Virus record (IMG/VR): IMGVR_UViG_3300045999_009829
Reading direction: 5' to 3' (one strand)
DNA: 64,000 bases
Origin: a virus
Below the pieces are notes generated by a model. It was not told the origin of the DNA and made no database searches. It was given only the letters and a program-made list of their open reading frames with translations. Each line of letters starts with the position of its first letter. Position 1 is the first letter of the stretch. The translations under genes and the position numbers were made by a program. Positions 29,754 through 37,383 of this stretch are shown piece by piece.

Positions 29754-31289
29754 TCAAATGCTCCTGAACGCGTTTTCCATCTGAGCCCTTCTTATAGCTA
29801 GAACAGACTGAGCTTGTGTGAACCTCTGCATGGACTGCTGTATGGCTCCCGAGTTAGGGAGCACGGACACGGAGATGCTTGGGTTGAAGAGTCCAGTCAG
29901 GCTTGCATATATCTGCGGGACAAGTCTGGCTGCAGCCGCAAGAATCTGAACTGGGTTACCGCCGCCGATTACGCTACGGAGAGCCGATGCCTGCGCCACT
30001 CCAGTTGCCTGACTCAGTATTGATTGTAGGTTGGTCGTATTTAGAGTTCCAGTTCGTATCGCGTTGAACAGGCTGGATCTGATGGCGCCGCTTACGTCAA
30101 AGCTAGCCTGCTGTTGGGCGCTCACGAAGTTCGGCTGCCCATTTCTAAGAGTGAAGGCAGGAGTGCCCGCACCAGTCGGGTCGTTCCATCTGATGTATCC
30201 GGGGTATGGATCTCTAGCAAATGAGTGATACTCTTGGACATAGCCGGCCGGCGCCGTTAAGACTACAGACACGGGCCTAAAGGCTTCTGTTGGAGCCCTT
30301 GACCGGATCTCTTGCTGAGTCTGACCAAGTCTCCTGCGCAGCGTCTGCGGGGTGTTTGACCCACGCTGGATTGCAGTCTGGATGTTGGTGTACGAGCGAA
30401 GCAGCGCCCTGGTGCCGGTGTCGATGGAGTTTAGTGCAGCAGGTGCGCCGCAGATGCCCCCTGACTGCAGTGCATCAAATGCCGCTCTGAAGTTAGCGAG
30501 GGCAAACGCCGCTTGATCTAGTGCTCTCAGGACGCTGTTGACACCTAACTGCTCCATCAGATCAAGTATGGTCCTAGTTAGAGCATCGGCAACCACGTTG
30601 ATGAAACCTGCGGCAATTGCGCCCAGATCTATGGATATGGTGAGTCTTGTCGCCGCACCCGGAAAGCACTGCAGCGCTGCTATCTGATTCTGCGGATCTA
30701 CCTGATTCAGTATGGCGAGGATGTCTCCAGCCTGCGGATCGGCAGATGCAGTTGTCGGCGCCTCAGCGTATGTCATCCCCTCCTCTACGGCGGAAGTGAT
30801 CACGGCGCCCTCGGTGTTGTTGACCTCGTCGACGCTTATCTCACCGGAGTTAATCGAGGACACAAGGATCCTCTCTGGCGCTAGGGATGAGTACGGGTTG
30901 TTTGGACTGTTTACAGTAGCAGATGGAATGCTGCCGAATGCGGTATTGACCGCTGGGGCGCCGCCTTCAGTCTGACCTGAAACCGGTGCGCCTGCCCGAC
31001 CGACCGTCCCCATCACCAGCGGATACTGCTGGTCCCTATCGAGCCAGTGTCCGAATACTCTAGTCCCCACCACTATTCCAACTGGTGCAGTTCCTATTCT
31101 ACCGATAGCAGCAGAAGTAACCGGCTGAATGACCTGGGCCCAGGGTAGATCCTCATCTGGAATGTTGATGACGTCGTCATGGCGACCGAACACACGAACC
31201 TGGACTCTGCCAGACTCGTGTGGATCCATGACGTTGGCGACAATGCCGATCCAGGTGGTGGTGTTCTCTCCGAAGTTTCTCTCAGTCAT
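29754..31289 (-). CDS. gp5: gp5 N-terminal part (OB fold) plus an unknown domain
   Basis: WIGIV...DPHESGRVQVRVFGRH...LPWA...GTRVFGHWLD...PLVMGT. Confidence 0.8.
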   Translation of the reverse strand: MTERNFGENTTTWIGIVANVMDPHESGRVQVRVFGRHDDVINIPDEDLPWAQVIQPVTSAAIGRIGTAPVGIVVGTRVFGHWLDRDQQYPLVMGTVGRAGAPVSGQTEGGAPAVNTAFGSIPSATVNSPNNPYSSLAPERILVSSINSGEISVDEVNNTEGAVITSAVEEGMTYAEAPTTASADPQAGDILAILNQVDPQNQIAALQCFPGAATRLTISIDLGAIAAGFINVVADALTRTILDLMEQLGVNSVLRALDQAAFALANFRAAFDALQSGGICGAPAALNSIDTGTRALLRSYTNIQTAIQRGSNTPQTLRRRLGQTQQEIRSRAPTEAFRPVSVVLTAPAGYVQEYHSFARDPYPGYIRWNDPTGAGTPAFTLRNGQPNFVSAQQQASFDVSGAIRSSLFNAIRTGTLNTTNLQSILSQATGVAQASALRSVIGGGNPVQILAAAARLVPQIYASLTGLFNPSISVSVLPNSGAIQQSMQRFTQAQSVLAIRRAQMENAFRSI

Positions 31290-32527
31290 TAAAGCGCCTC
31301 CTCATAGCGACCCTTGATTCCCTCGATGGAGCACGTGTATCTAGGCCTGTCAGTTGCCGTACCGATCCTGTGGTGTATCCTAGTGATCAGCACCTTACCA
31401 GTGATCAAGGGATCTTCTGATGGAGCGTCGGTGAATGACTTGCGGTTAGGCAAGGTGCAATTGATCGTGGCTCCGGCGGTGAGCACCGTATCTCCTATGA
31501 CCTTGATCCTCAGCGAGTTCTGCATCAATAGCGCTATGAGCGCCTGAGTGTCGGGCGTAGCCTCTGGGATGAACGTCTCGGGCCTCTGCGAGATGTCTAC
31601 CGGGATCATCGACTGCGGTGGAGTATCTGAGGTAAAGTACTTGTTTTGGAATGCCCGACTGTCTAGCGATCCTGCACCGCCGACAGCAGCAAAGGTAGAC
31701 TCGCTTGTCTCGACATTCCTGGTCTCAAACTGCCACGTGGTAAAGTTGAACGTGACTATTCTTCTTGGACCGCCGTACGCGATTCGATCTGTGGAGCTGA
31801 ACTGGTTTGGGATCCTGAACGCGATTATGTTGTCATCGCCCCTGGCAAAGATGGAGGTGTTGATGGCGTCGGACATCTGAAAGTCCTTGACCGTGGATTC
31901 GCTAAAAAGCTTTTCAAGCGTCACAAAGTTGAACGTCTGCTGCTCGTTCCTTCTGTTCTCAAAGAACACATAGAAGGATGACCTCTGGTCCGCGGATACG
32001 GATCTCTTCTTGATCATGCTTATGGCGTCGTACGGGTTCTTGTTTGGGACCAATATCTTCTGAGGCGCCCTGGTGGTCTCTATCTCTATGGGCTTAGAGC
32101 TGCGCAGGTAGTTGTAGTAAATGTCCTCCACCATCTCGGAGCAAAGCTGGTTGTAACTCTTCTGCACGAAGTTGGTCTTTGCATACATGGCTTCTTCAGA
32201 CACGCACTTGAGAGTGTAAGTCTTGCCCTTCTGTGAGCCGACGCTCTCTAGCTCCGACAGCTCGTGGAGAGCAAACCTATACAGGGCATTCTGCGAACCC
32301 ATCACGTAGATCTCAAAGATGACTACCTCGTCGCCGACAAGTCTTGCTTGACCGAGCAAGTCGTTCATGTCCAGCACTCGTATGTCGCACACCATGCCGG
32401 GGGTGAACACGCTCTCGTATATTGACGCTCCCACAAACGATGACTTGAGGTCGATCGTACCCCTCTCGGAGGTGATCGTCAGTGTTACTATTTGTACATC
32501 GCCGTTTCTGTAGTTGAGGTTTGTCAT
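31289..32527 (-). CDS. Baseplate hub protein (gp27-like)
   Basis: SIYESVFTP, YVFFEN, FVTLEKL, GKVLITRIHH; position between gp53 and gp5. Confidence 0.6.
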   Translation of the reverse strand: MTNLNYRNGDVQIVTLTITSERGTIDLKSSFVGASIYESVFTPGMVCDIRVLDMNDLLGQARLVGDEVVIFEIYVMGSQNALYRFALHELSELESVGSQKGKTYTLKCVSEEAMYAKTNFVQKSYNQLCSEMVEDIYYNYLRSSKPIEIETTRAPQKILVPNKNPYDAISMIKKRSVSADQRSSFYVFFENRRNEQQTFNFVTLEKLFSESTVKDFQMSDAINTSIFARGDDNIIAFRIPNQFSSTDRIAYGGPRRIVTFNFTTWQFETRNVETSESTFAAVGGAGSLDSRAFQNKYFTSDTPPQSMIPVDISQRPETFIPEATPDTQALIALLMQNSLRIKVIGDTVLTAGATINCTLPNRKSFTDAPSEDPLITGKVLITRIHHRIGTATDRPRYTCSIEGIKGRYEEAL

Positions 32528-32528
32528 G

Positions 32529-33410
32529 CTACCTCAGTAGGTTCTTCAGTTCTCGAGCCACGCCAGGAGCAAACTCGCTCTTCAGGACAAGTATGGACTT
32601 GTTTCGCTCGTTGACTTCGTTCTCGTGCTCGTACATGGTGACCGGGCTCCAGTACGGTAGCTCGACTGCAGGTATGTTGCTTATGACCACGTTGGCGGAG
32701 GTGAAGCCAGTGTTTGCAAGTGACTCTCTGCCCTTGATGTAGCTGGATCCTGATATACTACCGCCGGTGGCAGTGCCCGCTAGATTCTCTAGCATGACAG
32801 TCGTGGTGTTGGCGAACGTGACCTGCCCCGTGCCTCTGTTGTTGCTGTCATACACTACATCAGCAACCTCACCACTGGTAAACCCTGCCCCGTTTGCAGT
32901 TGAGTATCTGGCGATGGAGTTAGTCTTTATGGTCCAGTCGACCTTTGTTCTGGTGTACTCTCTGGGGTTAGAGGTGACTACGCCGTTGATCGGCACGGGT
33001 TCGTAGAACCTGACCAGAGATGCATCCAGGCTGTTATATGTCGTGGACGATATGGTCGGACTCGAGTCAGAGTACCAGTTGTTCCTGTAGTACTTGATCT
33101 TTGTCAGTGCGTTGGCCAGAGAGCCGTACTTCTTGACAATGAACTCCTCAAACGTAGTCTGGTCCAGATACCAGTCGTGGTATGGGTCTATCACCTTGTT
33201 TGACATGTAAAGTAGCCATGATAGGTACTGGTCGCTGTAGTACCTGTTGGCTATGATGTCCGGTCTCTCTCCCTGGGCTACGTCGTAGGGATAGTAAAAC
33301 ACGGGATTGTTGTATACCGTATTCAGAAATGCCGTGCGCTGCGTGATGTCCCGCACTTCCGTATTGGCGTATCTGATACGCTGAAACTTGTCGAAGTATC
33401 TCTCAGGCAT
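32529..33410 (-). CDS. gp53: Baseplate wedge protein gp53
   Basis: YFDKF, YDVAQGERPDIIANRYY, IDPYHDW, YEHENEVNE. Confidence 0.88.
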   Translation of the reverse strand: MPERYFDKFQRIRYANTEVRDITQRTAFLNTVYNNPVFYYPYDVAQGERPDIIANRYYSDQYLSWLLYMSNKVIDPYHDWYLDQTTFEEFIVKKYGSLANALTKIKYYRNNWYSDSSPTISSTTYNSLDASLVRFYEPVPINGVVTSNPREYTRTKVDWTIKTNSIARYSTANGAGFTSGEVADVVYDSNNRGTGQVTFANTTTVMLENLAGTATGGSISGSSYIKGRESLANTGFTSANVVISNIPAVELPYWSPVTMYEHENEVNERNKSILVLKSEFAPGVARELKNLLR

Positions 33411-33421
33411 CTACTACTTCC

Positions 33422-34348
33422 TTACGGCTCAAAAAAATTGCCGGCTATGGTGGCATTATTGAATATGCCTTGAGGGTTTCGAAGGAAATCAGCCTTGGTC
33501 CAGATCTCTATCTCTTGAACTCGGATGGTGAACTGGACTGCGGTCGGAGCACCTGTCCTGTTGAAGAATGACGGGCCGTTTGGCGTGTAGTTCACCGCAA
33601 CTGATTCGACCACACACGGCTTGAATTCGTACATGTAGTTTGCAGTCTCTTGCGGCCTGAAGTTGATCGTGAGTATCTCCGGGTATGAAAAGATCACACC
33701 GCCTGCGCCTAGAACTCCTGGAAGAGCGTGATACCTAAATGCCTTGATGATGTTGTTTACGGTGTCAGTTTCGTTCCTGTTCTTCGGCGCAAATTGCCAG
33801 CTGAACGTGTGTGCCCTAAACTCCGGTGACTTGAAGAGGACAACCTGAAACGGGTTTGCCGTTATACCAGTCAGAGCTGAAGCCGCGTTGCCTATGTTGG
33901 GACTCAATGCATTGGCTAGCCTTCGTATTGCAGATGCGGCTATTCCGGTCGCAACAGTTTCAGCTGATCTTAGGCCCTCTTGAAGATTTGCAGGAACGCC
34001 CTGTGACAGGCCCTCGACTACAGATCCAGCAACGGAACCAAGTTCAGTGCTCTTGTCATAGCTTACACTTGTCTGCTCGGTCAGATTGTCTGGAAGTGGC
34101 AGTGCAATCCTCATCACATCTCTATAGAATGGCTGCTGGTAGATAGAGCGCCTCTCGTACGAGCTGAAGCCCATGGTCATGTACGGCACTTCTACGCTAT
34201 CAGCATTCAATCTGCTAAATGATGTTCTGTTTAGGTCTTCTGGGAAAACAAGTCTAGTTGTTCCCCCAAACGGGGCACTGTATCCAACACCACCGTCTCT
34301 GAGGCGACGAAAGTCTGAAACAGCGCTTTCAATTAACTGTCGTACCAA
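33422..34348 (-). CDS. gp48: Baseplate tail-tube cap gp48
   Basis: IALPLP, NPFQVVLFKSPEFRAHTFSWQFAPKN, VNYTPNG. Confidence 0.8.
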   Translation of the reverse strand: MVRQLIESAVSDFRRLRDGGVGYSAPFGGTTRLVFPEDLNRTSFSRLNADSVEVPYMTMGFSSYERRSIYQQPFYRDVMRIALPLPDNLTEQTSVSYDKSTELGSVAGSVVEGLSQGVPANLQEGLRSAETVATGIAASAIRRLANALSPNIGNAASALTGITANPFQVVLFKSPEFRAHTFSWQFAPKNRNETDTVNNIIKAFRYHALPGVLGAGGVIFSYPEILTINFRPQETANYMYEFKPCVVESVAVNYTPNGPSFFNRTGAPTAVQFTIRVQEIEIWTKADFLRNPQGIFNNATIAGNFFEP

Positions 34349-34361
34349 CTGACGCCTCTCT

Positions 34362-34369
34362 TATAAATA
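34362..34369 (+). promoter_or_regulatory. T4-type late promoter TATAAATA (gp4/gp2 operon)
   Basis: Exact TATAAATA upstream of gp4. Confidence 0.8.
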
Positions 34370-34381
34370 TTCCGACCTCGC

Positions 34382-34389
34382 TATTTATA
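34382..34389 (-). promoter_or_regulatory. T4-type late promoter TATAAATA (gp48/baseplate operon)
   Basis: tatttata on the + strand, upstream of gp48. Confidence 0.8.
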
Positions 34390-34406
34390 TGTGTTCATGA
34401 GACCCC

Positions 34407-34865
34407 ATGCCGAAATACAACCAGGGCTTCTTCAAGCCAAAGAACCCCGACAAGTACAGGGGCGATCCCTCTAACATCGTATACCGATCCGGATGGGAGC
34501 TCAGGCTCATGAGCTACTTTGACCTGCACTCAGATGTCCTCTGGTGGTCGTCCGAGGAGAGGATCATACCCTATCGCTCACCGGTCGACAACAGAGTCCA
34601 CAGGTACTTTCCAGACTTCCTAGTCCACATGCGTACGAGGAAGGGCATCAACGAGACGGTGCTGGTCGAGGTGAAGCCAAAGGCGCAGACAGTCGAGCCA
34701 AAGAGACCAGAGAACCCAAGACAGTCTCGCAGGTACCTGACTGAGGTGATGACGTGGGGCGTGAACAAGGCCAAGTGGACAGCCGCCGAGGACTACTGCA
34801 AGGACCGAGGATGGAAGTTCATGATCATGACTGAGGATCAGATCTACGGTCGTGGTGATAAATAG
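34407..34865 (+). CDS. gp4: Head completion nuclease gp4 (TnsA-like)
   Basis: PKNPDKYRGD, YRSGWE, WSSE, HRYFPDF, EVKP, NKAKW. Confidence 0.92.
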   Translation: MPKYNQGFFKPKNPDKYRGDPSNIVYRSGWELRLMSYFDLHSDVLWWSSEERIIPYRSPVDNRVHRYFPDFLVHMRTRKGINETVLVEVKPKAQTVEPKRPENPRQSRRYLTEVMTWGVNKAKWTAAEDYCKDRGWKFMIMTEDQIYGRGDK

Positions 34866-34886
34866 GGTGAAGAAGCGAGAGACACC

Positions 34887-35495
34887 TTGGCAAGTTACAT
34901 CTTTCAGAAGATAGCTAAGACTGGCAAGGCTGATGGCATCGACCAATCAGTCCGTCAGAGGGATGCAAGAACCTGGTTCCGCAATCAGGCGGCTGCTGTC
35001 AAGTCAGTAAATCGCAACAAGCTCATGCAAGATCCGGACGACAACAACCTGGAGACCAGCATAGACGGTGGGTCGATCGGAAGCATGTACTCGTTCTTCT
35101 ACGACCCAAAGAACAAAAAGACCCTGCCTTACTACGACATGTTTCCTCTGGTGTTCGTGATCGGTCCAAAGCCAGGTGGCTTCCTCGGCATGAACCTCCA
35201 CTACCTGCCGCCGGTGCTCAGGGCAAAGCTCATGGACCAGCTCTATGGGATCACCAACAACAAGAAGTTCAACGACTCCACGAAGCTGGTTGTGAGCTAC
35301 GAGTTACTGTCCAAGGCATCAAGGTTCAGATACTTCGAGCCGTGCGTCAAGCACTACCTGCTCGATCACGTGCAGTCCAAGTTTCTCAGGATACAGCCCA
35401 ACTTCTGGGACGTTGCCCTCATGCTGCCCACCGAAAAGTTTGCCAAGGCTGATGTCAATACGGTCTGGAATAGGTCTAGGAGCCAAGTAGTCTAA
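34887..35495 (+). CDS. gp2: DNA end protector gp2
   Basis: MYSFFYDPK, LPYYDMFPL, GMNLHYLPP, PCVKHYL. Confidence 0.92.
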   Translation: MASYIFQKIAKTGKADGIDQSVRQRDARTWFRNQAAAVKSVNRNKLMQDPDDNNLETSIDGGSIGSMYSFFYDPKNKKTLPYYDMFPLVFVIGPKPGGFLGMNLHYLPPVLRAKLMDQLYGITNNKKFNDSTKLVVSYELLSKASRFRYFEPCVKHYLLDHVQSKFLRIQPNFWDVALMLPTEKFAKADVNTVWNRSRSQVV

Positions 35496-36127
35496 TGGCG
35501 TTCAACATTCAAGAGTTTTCCGATAACATCGGAAGGTACGGCACACTCCCCGTAAATAAGTTCAACGTCGAAGTACCAGTTCCAGGCGTACTAGCCGGCT
35601 CATACGGCGTTGAGGCGTCTCGTGTCATGACCATGAGAGCCGAAAGGGTTAACATCCCCGGGATAGTGTTTGACACATACGAGTCAAGAAGATACGGCGT
35701 AGGGCCCAGGATCAAGACGCCGACTGGAAAGAGTAGGTTCAACGAGGTCTCCATAGACTTCATCGACACGTCTGAGATGGCCATAGCAAAGTTTTTCTAT
35801 GACTGGATGTACAACATAGTCGACATCTCAGGATCGGGAGGCGCTGTTGTCAGAATACCCACTTTCATGACCGGGTACAAAGAAGATTACTGCGTCGACA
35901 TGGACATAAAGGTCTACAACAGCACCGGTACCGAATCTGGCGTTGGTGGAGAAGTAACTCCTATCTTGAGATTTGGCTTGGTCGAAGCCTTTCCCATATC
36001 AATGGCTGATGCAGGTCTTGCATGGTCAAGGACCAACGAGCTGTTCAAGACCAGTGTCGTGTTTGCATATACGAATCACCAGCTCCTACAGGGATCCGGA
36101 TCCTCACTGGCGATACAAAACACGTGA
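35495..36127 (+). CDS. Tail-tube initiator gp54-like (gp19 family)
   Basis: FFYDWM, GYKEDY, EAFPISM, VVFAY. Confidence 0.7.
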   Translation: MAFNIQEFSDNIGRYGTLPVNKFNVEVPVPGVLAGSYGVEASRVMTMRAERVNIPGIVFDTYESRRYGVGPRIKTPTGKSRFNEVSIDFIDTSEMAIAKFFYDWMYNIVDISGSGGAVVRIPTFMTGYKEDYCVDMDIKVYNSTGTESGVGGEVTPILRFGLVEAFPISMADAGLAWSRTNELFKTSVVFAYTNHQLLQGSGSSLAIQNT

Positions 36128-36166
36128 TTCAACTAACAACAACACAATGCGTTTGGAGATTAGATA

Positions 36167-36877
36167 ATGCCACTACCTAAAGTCAAGCACCCAATCTACG
36201 AGTTCACGGTTCCGTCCACGGGCAAGAAGGAGTCGTTCAGACCCTTTCTCGTCAGGGAAGAGAAGATCCTGCTGATTGCAAAGTCGTCAGAGGATCCAGC
36301 AGACTCACTGCGAGCCGTGAAGCAGATAGTCAACAACTGCGCCATCAGTGAGGCGTTCGACGTGGACAAGCTGCCGATCTTTGACCTCGAGTACCTGTTC
36401 CTTCAGCTGAGAGCTGTGTCTGTAAGCAACATCGTCCAGGTATCTTATAGGGACAGCGAGGACAGGAAGGTATACGACTTCACTATCGACCTCAAGGAAG
36501 TCAAGGTCCAGTTTCCAGAGAATGTGGACCCTGTCATCAAGGTCACCGATTCCATGGGATTCGTGATGAGGTGGCCCGCTGCGTCCCTGCTGGACGACAA
36601 GCAGTACTTCACCGCAGGCGACGAAGCCTACTACGAGCTGATCCTTCGCTGCGTCGACAAGATCTATGACGGGGATGACCTGTACAATCCTGCGGACTAC
36701 TCTCTCAAGGAGATTGAGGAGTTCCTGGATGACTGCGGCGTTGAGACCCTGGAGAAGATCCAAAACTTCATGGCTGCGGCGCCTCGTCTGCACCACAAAC
36801 TGACCTACACCAACTCTAGCGGCAATGAGAGAGTGATTGAACTTACGAGCCTAACTGATTTTTTTACGTTGCGCTGA
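36167..36877 (+). CDS. gp26: Baseplate hub assembly protein gp26
   Basis: MPLPK, FRPFLVREEKILL, FDLEYLFLQLRAVS, terminal LTDFF. Confidence 0.9.
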   Translation: MPLPKVKHPIYEFTVPSTGKKESFRPFLVREEKILLIAKSSEDPADSLRAVKQIVNNCAISEAFDVDKLPIFDLEYLFLQLRAVSVSNIVQVSYRDSEDRKVYDFTIDLKEVKVQFPENVDPVIKVTDSMGFVMRWPAASLLDDKQYFTAGDEAYYELILRCVDKIYDGDDLYNPADYSLKEIEEFLDDCGVETLEKIQNFMAAAPRLHHKLTYTNSSGNERVIELTSLTDFFTLR

Positions 36878-37053
36878 ATCACAACACGCTAGAGAACTAC
36901 TACCTAACTCTCTTTGCCCTGATTCAGCACCATAAGTACTCAATTAAAGAAGTAGAGGGACTCATACCATTCGAGCGTGACGTCTTCGTCCAAATGCTTC
37001 TGCAATTCCTTAAAGAGCTAAAGGAGCAGAGGGAAAATGCAAACAAGCGCTGA
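36859..37053 (+). CDS. gp51: gp51-like baseplate hub assembly segment, in the -1 frame relative to gp26, with no start codon of its own
   Basis: Manual translation FFYVALNHNTLENYYLTLFALIQHHKYSIKEVEGLIPFERDVFVQML...; the frame opens at a T7 run. Confidence 0.75.
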   Translation, partial: FFYVALNHNTLENYYLTLFALIQHHKYSIKEVEGLIPFERDVFVQMLLQFLKELKEQRENANKR

Positions 37054-37381
37054 CACACAGAAACCAGAGGAACACTGGGTTAGGGCATACTGGAGACCAG
37101 CCATGGGCTGGCTCTACATGCTCATCTGCTTTATGGACTTTGTGATGTTTCCGCTACTTGCTATGTTCATTCCGATCATCATGAAGAGCTTTGGACTTGC
37201 TGACACAGCCTATGCCGCTTGGGAGAGCCTGTCTCTGTCCAACGGCGGCATCATTCACCTTGCGTTCGGTGCCATCCTCGGCGTCGCTGCATGGACTCGT
37301 GGGCAGGAGAAGATCAAGTCCATTGAGAACAATGACGACGATGATGACATGAGACGTCACCGTAGGGTTGAAAGAGACTAA
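37037..37381 (+). CDS. Holin-like membrane protein (GTA 3TM holin-like)
   Basis: WRPAMGW, hydrophobic helices, GAILGVAAWTRGQEK. Confidence 0.65.
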   Translation: MQTSADTQKPEEHWVRAYWRPAMGWLYMLICFMDFVMFPLLAMFIPIIMKSFGLADTAYAAWESLSLSNGGIIHLAFGAILGVAAWTRGQEKIKSIENNDDDDDMRRHRRVERD

Positions 37382-37383
37382 CT

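Noticed and set aside
34407-34865. Transposase or homing endonuclease
   Set aside because: The TnsA-like motifs match T4 gp4 in its usual position next to gp2.
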